From the IMG/VR virus record IMGVR_UViG_3300013233_000235, positions 124,001 through 188,000 of that record: a DNA stretch of 64,000 nt, one strand, 5' to 3'. Position numbers and translations under genes: made by a program. Positions 39,642 to 47,510 of the stretch are shown in pieces. Below the pieces are notes generated by a model. The model ran no database searches, had not been told where the DNA came from, and was given only the letters and a program-made list of their open reading frames with translations. Positions within the stretch are counted from its first letter, which is position 1, and every line of letters starts with the position of its first letter.

Positions 39642-40325
39642 ATGAGTAAAGTAAACGTAGATGTAACCCCCGCGATGGTAGAAACCTCATTAGCGGTATG
39701 CCTGTCCCGGAATGGTGGTACCAGTGTGCGGGAGTTTGTCGAAAAGACCAGCGCCTACTGGAAAGCCATCTTGACTGAAGAGGCTGGGGAGGTGCTGTGC
39801 GAATTGGGCATAAAGCCCTGGAAACCTCTTAAGAAGGTGAACGCACTGCTGGAATGCGCAGACTTGTATTACACGTTACTGGCTGCCGCACACCAGCCCG
39901 GCTCGGGGGTAGGTAACGTGTACGAATCCGTGGCAGATTGGATGTCGGCACCACCGCGCGATGACATCCCCGAGGGGTTGGTTGACAAAGGCCTCACGCT
40001 GGTACACGTGGCGTCAGATCCGATGAGTACGGTCGCCGACAAGTTGGGGGAGACCGCCATGATAATGGTGGCGATCCTCAAACAGTTGGGGTACTCCCCC
40101 GCCGACATGCTTGGGGCGTTCAAATGGAAGAACGCATTGGTAGAACGACGGTACGAGTTTACACCGACAACTGATGGGAAGGTCGTTATCTACAACAGCG
40201 GGGTGATGTCCGATGATACCGCGCTGGGCCACATCATCCGTGAGCGGGATCTCGCGATGGATCTCCATAAACCATACATGGAGATGTGCGGGGAGATCCG
40301 CAACCGTCTGGCACCTGTAAAATAG
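39642..40325 (+). CDS. MazG-like / dimeric dUTPase-like NTP pyrophosphohydrolase
   Basis: EEAGE...KPWK...LECADLYY motif. Confidence 0.7.
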   Translation: MSKVNVDVTPAMVETSLAVCLSRNGGTSVREFVEKTSAYWKAILTEEAGEVLCELGIKPWKPLKKVNALLECADLYYTLLAAAHQPGSGVGNVYESVADWMSAPPRDDIPEGLVDKGLTLVHVASDPMSTVADKLGETAMIMVAILKQLGYSPADMLGAFKWKNALVERRYEFTPTTDGKVVIYNSGVMSDDTALGHIIRERDLAMDLHKPYMEMCGEIRNRLAPVK

Positions 40326-40334
40326 CAGCATAAG

Positions 40335-40467
40335 TAGACCCCCTATTAAGGGGTCTATTCTTTTTATGTAAATCTGGAATCAACGTATTTTCAATGACAT
40401 ATAACTAAAATGGATATAGGCGTTTTGACTTATATCTATTAATGGCTTAACAGCCAGGAGTTTTACT
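40335..40467 (+). promoter_or_regulatory. Early cassette, class II (CATATAACT 40398-40406, ATG 40410, hairpin GATATAGG-CGTTTTGA-CTTATATC 40413-40436)
   Basis: Near-identical to 3722-3854. Confidence 0.85.
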
Positions 40468-40809
40468 ATGACAAATCTAAAAGCGTTAGTAGTGTTCACA
40501 AATCAGTCATCCACCTATCCAGGTGTAAGCCGGTTGGTACACAAGGCGTTAGATGGGTACAATGTTGGAGTTATGAGTATCGGTACCGTGGACCTGGAAA
40601 ACAATGCGGAGGATAGAGCAATGATGGTACAACTGTTGCAGAGAAAGCAGCACGAATACAATCGGGTTGTTTACATCGATGGGGGGGATGGGAAGGCTTC
40701 TCATACCGTAGCATCCCACGCAGGTGCGTGGGATATGGTAATCCACGTGAATGCAGACAAAGTGGTAACAGGTTGCAGTAGATCATGGGGTGAGGATATC
40801 ACCCTATAA
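40468..40809 (+). CDS. small alpha/beta hypothetical protein
   Basis: AGGAG SD; alternating strand/helix pattern. Confidence 0.75.
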   Translation: MTNLKALVVFTNQSSTYPGVSRLVHKALDGYNVGVMSIGTVDLENNAEDRAMMVQLLQRKQHEYNRVVYIDGGDGKASHTVASHAGAWDMVIHVNADKVVTGCSRSWGEDITL

Positions 40810-40813
40810 AGTC

Positions 40814-40935
40814 AGCCCCTTCGGGGGCTTTCTTTTTTATTTGTTTCCATACATTTTCAGAACTATATAACTTGTATGATAGAATAACCACATCACCTAT
40901 TGACCACTATACTCTGGGTAACAAAAGGATGCTGT
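40814..40935 (+). promoter_or_regulatory. Early cassette with class I promoter but no stem-loop (TATATAACT 40864-40872, ATG 40876)
   Basis: Upstream part identical to class I; leader unrelated. Confidence 0.8.
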
Positions 40936-41253
40936 ATGAACACTATACAAGTAGAAGGAAAGATGTACCCAGTGATCGATATGTCAACCCACCCCACAAA
41001 TGGGCTCATGCTCGTGGCTTTCGCCAAAGGTGTGGCGGTGGTTAGACAGGACGCACTAGGTACCAATTATGTGGATGTGGTTATACCTTACCAGGTCCCT
41101 AACCCTAGGGACATCAGGGTCCATGTAAATGCGGCTTTATCAAATGGCTATTTTTCGGCCGACTTAACCTATACGCACGTGGGCACCCCATGTACGTTCA
41201 ACCTAATAATCCCAGCAATGGGGGGAACAGATGATGAAACACACATTCGGTAG
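40936..41253 (+). CDS. hypothetical protein
   Basis: AAAGGA SD before ATG 40936. Confidence 0.7.
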   Translation: MNTIQVEGKMYPVIDMSTHPTNGLMLVAFAKGVAVVRQDALGTNYVDVVIPYQVPNPRDIRVHVNAALSNGYFSADLTYTHVGTPCTFNLIIPAMGGTDDETHIR

Positions 41254-42067
41254 TAGATTAACAATGGGCAAAGTTGCCTTTAAGGATGACGATAACTACA
41301 TCGCCATCGAGGAGGTAGTAGAAGATGGCGCTGCTAAATACGTCATGCTGGCATACGCGGGCGGCCAACAGCGGTACCAGATGGTTCGTATGCCGACATC
41401 ACCAGAGCGGTGGCGTGGGGCTGCGGTATACATGCGAGGGGGTGCATATGTGGCACACATCTCCAGACACCTGGTTACCGGGGAACACGGTATCCTGATA
41501 CGACTGTTCCTGGCCACGGGTGGTTATGTGGGCCAGTGTTACCAGCAGGATAGTGGTAACACCAGCGCAATAGGCCATAAGGCGTTGGACCACGCCGTCG
41601 AGTCCATCATCGCTGGGTCGGCCCCGGTGTTACTGGCCGGGCATGATGCTTATCCGATGGATCTTAATGAAGGTATGGATTATATTGAGGCCGACAACCC
41701 GGGTGTTGACACAGTGCAGGTGGCCGGCGATGGTAGCCTGGATATCAGTGCCTACCACGGCGACGTGTTATTCACCGTAGAGCGCACGGGCGACGATGGT
41801 AATCTGGTGAGACACAGTGTCCGTAAACACAGCCGTACAGATGGGGCGATTAGTGACAATGGTGATTATCTGGTGCTGGTGCAGCGCAAGCTTGTAAAGA
41901 CATCATTTATCACCCGACTGCTCACTTACAAGACAACACAGAATGGGTTAATGCCTATCTCCACAGCAACTGTGGGTAAGCACGGGGGGTATTTCTCAAA
42001 GGCCGAGTTGTCAGTGCGCCTAGGTAAATTTGTAGATGCCTCCATGGCATACGTTAACTACAATTAA
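41231..42067 (+). CDS. hypothetical beta-rich protein
   Basis: Overlap-coupled long ORF. Confidence 0.7.
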   Translation: MMKHTFGSRLTMGKVAFKDDDNYIAIEEVVEDGAAKYVMLAYAGGQQRYQMVRMPTSPERWRGAAVYMRGGAYVAHISRHLVTGEHGILIRLFLATGGYVGQCYQQDSGNTSAIGHKALDHAVESIIAGSAPVLLAGHDAYPMDLNEGMDYIEADNPGVDTVQVAGDGSLDISAYHGDVLFTVERTGDDGNLVRHSVRKHSRTDGAISDNGDYLVLVQRKLVKTSFITRLLTYKTTQNGLMPISTATVGKHGGYFSKAELSVRLGKFVDASMAYVNYN

Positions 42068-42072
42068 AAAAT

Positions 42073-42096
42073 GGCCCGTTTGGGCCCTTTTTTTTT
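42073..42096 (+). terminator. intrinsic terminator
   Basis: GGCCC-GTTT-GGGCC followed by a long T-run. Confidence 0.8.
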
Positions 42097-42134
42097 AGTC
42101 CGGTATTAAACCTTAATGCATAGGGAAGATGTAA

Positions 42135-42473
42135 ATGAAAGCCATATTGCGAGTGGATAGTGTGAGTAAAGTGAGCGTGGATCGAATGGGTGCAGGTACG
42201 TTGACCACGACTCTTACAGGTGGCCGCACACACCAGGTTAGTACAGACGGGTTGAGCAATGCTGACATAACGGCTTTGCGTGCTAACAAATACGGGGTGG
42301 TTTATAGTGATGGTAGCATCTTGTTGCTGAGCATCAGGGACTTGATACACTTAGCTTTGGCTGCACTCGATGACGATATAAATAACAATCTACCATTACT
42401 CAGGATGGTTGGCCAATCTGTGGAGCATGGTGGTAGTGCCACCGCCGCTATCCTACTAGAGTTGGGGATCTGA
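42135..42473 (+). CDS. hypothetical protein
   Basis: AGGGA SD. Confidence 0.65.
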   Translation: MKAILRVDSVSKVSVDRMGAGTLTTTLTGGRTHQVSTDGLSNADITALRANKYGVVYSDGSILLLSIRDLIHLALAALDDDINNNLPLLRMVGQSVEHGGSATAAILLELGI

Positions 42474-42475
42474 CT

Positions 42476-43576
42476 GTGGCTAATAGTTACGTAAGCGGGC
42501 TATTAAAGCGGAAGGTGTATAAACATATAACCGATGCATCCGGTGACGGGGTTGTAACAATGGCGTTCACACCCACCGACGGCGGGGGGGCCCTAGCCAT
42601 CAGGCGTAGAGACGCCGCCGGTGTACGAGTTGTATCACTGGATACATCTATAACACATGTGGGTGAGTACTTTACAGGTATGGCGGCCATAAGCGGTGAT
42701 GGAAACTTGGCGATAATAATCACATCGGTTGGGGATAGTCATAAAGTCCGCATGTACCGTTACGATGGTAGCACGTATCGGGATGTTGGTACGCATACGT
42801 TGGCAACTGGTGGTGGATTACACACCGGCATCAACTTAAGTTGGACCGGTGTTACCTACGTACTCCATTCCAACCTAACCCCCTGGGAAGCACCCAGTGC
42901 AATCGTAGTAACCAATGTCAACGGCAGCCCAGAGGTAATAGGGCAGGCGGGCGTGGGCTACGTATCCATATCTGATGATGGTACACAGATGCTAGGGGTG
43001 AGTCGCTGTTCTGCCACAGATGTTGGTAAGGCGGTTATCTACGACCTATCTGGCGGAACTGTCGCCACCATGGCTAACCTGAGCATGGCTATACCTGGTG
43101 GGGCTAAAATACCCCACGCCGCAGGCACTATGTCTGGTAACGGTAAGAGTGTGGTTATTCCTATGTACACCATGCCGAGAGCGGGTGGTAGGGATGGTAT
43201 ATCTGCACTAATGCGGTTCACTAAATCCGACGCCACCGGGGCGTGGGAATACATGGGTGCTGTCAACTTATACAGCGGGTGTATAACCCCCCCATTGCTG
43301 GAGAGTACCACATCTATAGTCAGCTGTTACACAGGTGAACATATGTGCATAGCTGGGGTGGATGATGGTGGTGAAACCATGATCCGTTTTTATAAATACG
43401 CTACCCCTAGGTGGTTAATGGTAGAACACTCCATCGACAATGGTTCAGTGCTATCCGCTATGCGTAGGCTACCGCCTATGTACCTGCGCAGTCATGGGGA
43501 TCAGGCCTTGCTTGTTAGAGCCACCAATTCTGGTGTAATGGAAGTCACAATGTTTTACGACCAATTCGGGGGATAA
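42476..43576 (+). CDS. degenerate FG-GAP-like beta-propeller protein
   Basis: Repeated AISGDG / SISDDG / MSGNG blades. Confidence 0.65.
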   Translation: MANSYVSGLLKRKVYKHITDASGDGVVTMAFTPTDGGGALAIRRRDAAGVRVVSLDTSITHVGEYFTGMAAISGDGNLAIIITSVGDSHKVRMYRYDGSTYRDVGTHTLATGGGLHTGINLSWTGVTYVLHSNLTPWEAPSAIVVTNVNGSPEVIGQAGVGYVSISDDGTQMLGVSRCSATDVGKAVIYDLSGGTVATMANLSMAIPGGAKIPHAAGTMSGNGKSVVIPMYTMPRAGGRDGISALMRFTKSDATGAWEYMGAVNLYSGCITPPLLESTTSIVSCYTGEHMCIAGVDDGGETMIRFYKYATPRWLMVEHSIDNGSVLSAMRRLPPMYLRSHGDQALLVRATNSGVMEVTMFYDQFGG

Positions 43577-43580
43577 CAAC

Positions 43581-44708
43581 ATGGTAACCATAACTAAAGC
43601 AGCCATTCTAGATGGTATAGATATCGGTGTCACAGATATAGCGGTGTCATTGGATGGGTCCTTAATGCTGGTCGGTGATGCAGCCGTTGGCACGGTACAC
43701 GTCTACGATTATGGCCCAACTGGATACACCCTCACGGAGAAGCTGCACCCCCCGGGTATTAGAAACTTCGGATACGCCCTTGGAATAAGCCCTGATAATA
43801 CCACAATCATTATCGGGTCGTCTGTGGCACTCATCGGCGACCAGGTGCTATCCCCTGAGAGGGCCTTCGCAACCATCCTAGAACGGCCTCTAGGGGCTCT
43901 ATTCTTTATGGAGTCAGCTTTCATCGATGTTGGCCTTAACGGCCTAACACCGGCATGCTATAGCTTCTCAGCGGATGGTCTCACCTTATCTATTGCGGCA
44001 GCCCGACTCCAGGGTGAGGTATTCATGTTCGAGGGGGAAGAGACCGCTGTTACTGGTGACGACCCCCTATCCGTGCAGATCTACAAGTACGGGCTTGCAG
44101 CAGGATGGGCTATTGAGAAAGAATATGTGGTGGGTAATATGGATAACCTCCGCCAAGCTTATGGTGGGACGGCATGGTTAGACCCCCTGGGCACATCTAT
44201 CTGGATGACCACCAATTGGGGTTGGGGTGCCGGCTCTGGCACACGCTTACATCGGGCAGAAATGGTTAGTGGTTTTTGGGCACCACCGGTGCTGGTGGTG
44301 CCGGACATCGGCGATACGATCGTGTACTCCACCACCCCCACGACCATGCTGTATAGTGACACTAGCCGCGTACCAGGGTTAGGCTGTGCATACACTCTCC
44401 CACTCCCACCGCCAATGGGCGCACTGCCGGCATTACTGCCAAAGCCCGCAGGCGCTGATCCATTAATGTATGCTAAGAATGTAGCCATCTCACCAGATGG
44501 TGCACTTATAGCAACAACATCTAGACGCGAGGATGCGATAACTGGCAACATACATATCACCCGTGGCGGGACATACCTTGGGGCGATATGGGTACGCAAT
44601 GTTAAAGAGACTGATTACGGGGAGATAATCCGACTTGTAAACACCCCACTTGGATACAGAGTCATCACGAATGAGGGCGCTAGCGTAAATATATACGAGT
44701 GCGTTTAA
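43581..44708 (+). CDS. degenerate FG-GAP-like beta-propeller protein
   Basis: AVSLDG..MLVG, FGYALGISPD, FSADG, AISPDG blades. Confidence 0.65.
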   Translation: MVTITKAAILDGIDIGVTDIAVSLDGSLMLVGDAAVGTVHVYDYGPTGYTLTEKLHPPGIRNFGYALGISPDNTTIIIGSSVALIGDQVLSPERAFATILERPLGALFFMESAFIDVGLNGLTPACYSFSADGLTLSIAAARLQGEVFMFEGEETAVTGDDPLSVQIYKYGLAAGWAIEKEYVVGNMDNLRQAYGGTAWLDPLGTSIWMTTNWGWGAGSGTRLHRAEMVSGFWAPPVLVVPDIGDTIVYSTTPTTMLYSDTSRVPGLGCAYTLPLPPPMGALPALLPKPAGADPLMYAKNVAISPDGALIATTSRREDAITGNIHITRGGTYLGAIWVRNVKETDYGEIIRLVNTPLGYRVITNEGASVNIYECV

Positions 44709-44728
44709 ACATAACACTGGAGAGAGAT

Positions 44729-45793
44729 ATGCGTATAGTTGTAAATGGCCCACCGATGTATGGGAGGCACATGGCGTCTTCCGACGATGGTACGATGCTG
44801 GCAATAGGTATGGTTGGGGACGCTAGAATAGAGGGTGTCCCTGTATGGGTAGTGGACCTATACCACGTTGTTATGGGTAAACCCAAACTTATAGACAGGC
44901 TGACCGGGCAGTGCGGTGAAGGCACCCCCAGAATAACAGATCTGGTCATGGCTGATTACGGTCAGAGATTAACCATATCCAGTTCAACGGGGGTAACCAC
45001 TTACCACATATGGCCGCATGGGGCCAAGAAGCGTCCAGATGTGAGTGAGTCTTACTGCTATGATGCTAAGGTGGCTATTAGCTCTGATGGTGGCACCATT
45101 ATGGCAAGTCGGACGAGTGCCACGGCGTACGGTGGTATAGCTAGTAGACTCGGCATCATGAAGCCCCATGAACACCCAGACTTACTACCACGGTATTTTA
45201 AATCGGTCAAGGGTAAAGTCAGGGTTATATCCGGTGGCGTTTCCAACGATGGTACGACTATCGCGGTAGCCACAACGATGTGGTGTGACGGCCGATACCT
45301 AGCTAACCAACTAGCCATATGTGGTAATTGTGGGGATATACGTAAATACCCTGTTGACACATTCTCCCCGGATACCCCACCGGTGCTGTCCACTGGTGGT
45401 GGGACAGTATGGCTATCCCAGGGTGCGGGCGGTAGAAGCATAAACATCTATACCAAAGATGGTAAGTCGAGACTGTTTATGTTACTCCCTGATAACCTGA
45501 CTGTTGTTGGCCGGGTGTGTCTAAGTGTCACACAGCGGTACCTATATATCGGCGTGTTCGACGCCAGCATTGGGAGTACCCAGGTGTGGATGGTAAGCAC
45601 GGCTCGGCGGGAATATACCCCGCTACCGAATAAAATCTTCGGATTGAACCTACCTTATCCGGGTGTTACAGCTTGGTCCGTTGGGACAAGCGGGTTATAC
45701 ATGCTATCGGGTGACACCAACATGGTGTACCTTGAAAAGACTACGGGCATTAGCCCTTTAACACTAAGTTCTCTAAGGAGTTGTGATGAGTAA
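44729..45793 (+). CDS. degenerate beta-propeller protein
   Basis: YGRHMASSDDG, AISSDGG, VSNDG blades; GGAGAG SD. Confidence 0.65.
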   Translation: MRIVVNGPPMYGRHMASSDDGTMLAIGMVGDARIEGVPVWVVDLYHVVMGKPKLIDRLTGQCGEGTPRITDLVMADYGQRLTISSSTGVTTYHIWPHGAKKRPDVSESYCYDAKVAISSDGGTIMASRTSATAYGGIASRLGIMKPHEHPDLLPRYFKSVKGKVRVISGGVSNDGTTIAVATTMWCDGRYLANQLAICGNCGDIRKYPVDTFSPDTPPVLSTGGGTVWLSQGAGGRSINIYTKDGKSRLFMLLPDNLTVVGRVCLSVTQRYLYIGVFDASIGSTQVWMVSTARREYTPLPNKIFGLNLPYPGVTAWSVGTSGLYMLSGDTNMVYLEKTTGISPLTLSSLRSCDE

Positions 45794-46046
45794 CGCCTTC
45801 AACGGGTACTTCGATAACACCATCAGTGGTGACCACGGTAGAAGGCACGCCCTTAAGGGCGATGCTGTTATGGCCACCTTCATACAACTGGACGATACGG
45901 GCCTATGGCTGTACAGCGAAGAGGATACAAGATCCGAGCAGCTGTGGGCACTGCTAGCCCACTACACTTCCACCACCGGTAGCACATCCATACAGAAAAT
46001 GTACAAGGAACTAATGGGGTGGGCTGAACATAACCTAGAGGTTTAA
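45786..46046 (+). CDS. small hypothetical protein
   Basis: AGGAG SD, overlap-coupled. Confidence 0.6.
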   Translation: MSNAFNGYFDNTISGDHGRRHALKGDAVMATFIQLDDTGLWLYSEEDTRSEQLWALLAHYTSTTGSTSIQKMYKELMGWAEHNLEV

Positions 46047-46049
46047 CAC

Positions 46050-46970
46050 ATGAGTATTATATCGATATACTCGTTGGGCACCGTGGCTGAGAACAAGCTT
46101 CCGGACACCGATGTGGTAGAGATATACCCCAATGAAACATTACCACTAATGGATGGGGAACTTGATGTATCCATATCGCCGGTCGAGTCATCTGGCATCG
46201 ATCGTGAGGGCCGAGGTTACACAGCATCTGCTAATGTGGCTAACACCCTGTCGTGCAAATGGTTAAAGAGTACCTTTAGAGACACGTGCCCCGATGTAAG
46301 GCGCGGTGAGCGCGTGCTAATCATCAACATCGGCAACAGTATGGATTTCTGGTTCATACCGTTGGGGCTGGATGACCACTTGCGGAGGTTGGAGACCGTG
46401 CGCTTCTCTATCAGCGCATTCCCAGAAAACGAGGATGAGGACCCCAGTGTAGATAACAGATATTTCATTGAGCTAAGTTCTCACAAAAAGACTATAACAG
46501 TTAGTACCTCTATGCGGAATGGTGAAGTCGCTAGTTATGTCATGCAGTTGAACATGGATATAGGCCATGCGACCCTGGTGGATAACACCGAACAGATCAT
46601 CCAGATGGACACCGCCAATAAGCACATCTGGGCCCAAAACAGTGAGAAGGTATTGGCCGAGCTTAATAAGCGTGACCTTAAGTTACAAACACCAGATGGA
46701 TCAGAGATCCATATGCGTGGGGCTGACATACTTGCGCATAACGGCAATGGTGTAAAATTCGAGATGGTGGGGTCAAATACAACATCGACCTCACCCGGTA
46801 ACCACGTGGTTAATGCCACTAACCATATTGTCAATGCTAAGACTTTCCATAACAAACCCGTGATTGGCGGGAAGGCCACATACGGAAAGATCAATGCTGG
46901 CAAAGTCAGTGCTGGCCAGATTGGGGTAGGCATCCTCGTAGCAGGTAAGTTTAACTATCCAAAACCATAA
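46050..46970 (+). CDS. baseplate spike / puncturing protein (phiKZ gp164-like; OB-fold + beta-helix)
   Basis: YSLG.VAENK, PDVRRGERV motifs; beta-helix-like C-terminus with spaced His residues. Confidence 0.65.
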   Translation: MSIISIYSLGTVAENKLPDTDVVEIYPNETLPLMDGELDVSISPVESSGIDREGRGYTASANVANTLSCKWLKSTFRDTCPDVRRGERVLIINIGNSMDFWFIPLGLDDHLRRLETVRFSISAFPENEDEDPSVDNRYFIELSSHKKTITVSTSMRNGEVASYVMQLNMDIGHATLVDNTEQIIQMDTANKHIWAQNSEKVLAELNKRDLKLQTPDGSEIHMRGADILAHNGNGVKFEMVGSNTTSTSPGNHVVNATNHIVNAKTFHNKPVIGGKATYGKINAGKVSAGQIGVGILVAGKFNYPKP

Positions 46971-47010
46971 ATAACACCCAGAGCCACATCGGCTCTGGGT
47001 GTTATTTATG
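46966..47010. terminator. bidirectional terminator
   Basis: 20-bp perfect inverted repeat between convergent genes. Confidence 0.85.
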
Positions 47011-47026
47011 TTTAAAAGGTGTGTTA

Positions 47027-47497
47027 CTAACACATGCGGATGATTGGTATACCCATGTAATTGGCCACACCTCTGGCACAGGCCTGTGCCTGATTTTTAG
47101 TGCTGTCACTAGGTGCAACCATTAACCCAGCGGACCTCACATCCGTGGCCTGAAAGCCCTCGTCCCCAATTACAGACATTACCGTGGCCGATACCGCATT
47201 CTGGAAGGCCGTATTAGCAGTTGTTAGTTCTCTAACAATACCGTGGGTCTCTAAGAATTTGGCGACCTCTTGCGTTTCATAGCGGGTTGGCGTGAATGTG
47301 CCGGGCCTCGCTTTAGCCGTCCATAAGTCGGCCGAACCACCCTCCTCGACACATATTTGCATTAAGGCATCATTGCCGTCGGGCACCTCGGTTAGCCGGA
47401 TTTGCCAGCCCTTGGCAATCTGTCCCTTGACAACCGCCCGCATGTAATCCATGTTTTTAAGCACATACGCGTTACTACACATTATCGTACAATACAT
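47027..47497 (-). CDS. degenerate DprA/SLOG-like Rossmann protein
   Basis: GWQIR...DGNDA, V.S.IGD, C-terminal ARGVANYMGIPII pattern. Confidence 0.4.
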   Translation of the reverse strand: MYCTIMCSNAYVLKNMDYMRAVVKGQIAKGWQIRLTEVPDGNDALMQICVEEGGSADLWTAKARPGTFTPTRYETQEVAKFLETHGIVRELTTANTAFQNAVSATVMSVIGDEGFQATDVRSAGLMVAPSDSTKNQAQACARGVANYMGIPIIRMC

Positions 47498-47510
47498 CTA
47501 GGTAAATCTC

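Noticed and set aside
40896-40903. CCTATTGA in the 40876 leader matches the loop consensus
   Set aside because: Flanks do not pair, so there is no stem; treated as chance or a decayed remnant.
487-40935. Dispersed ~100-bp repeats as a CRISPR array or attC/integron sites
   Set aside because: Intervening segments are whole kb-scale operons of variable length, no cas or integrase gene is present, and each repeat has terminator-promoter-SD anatomy.
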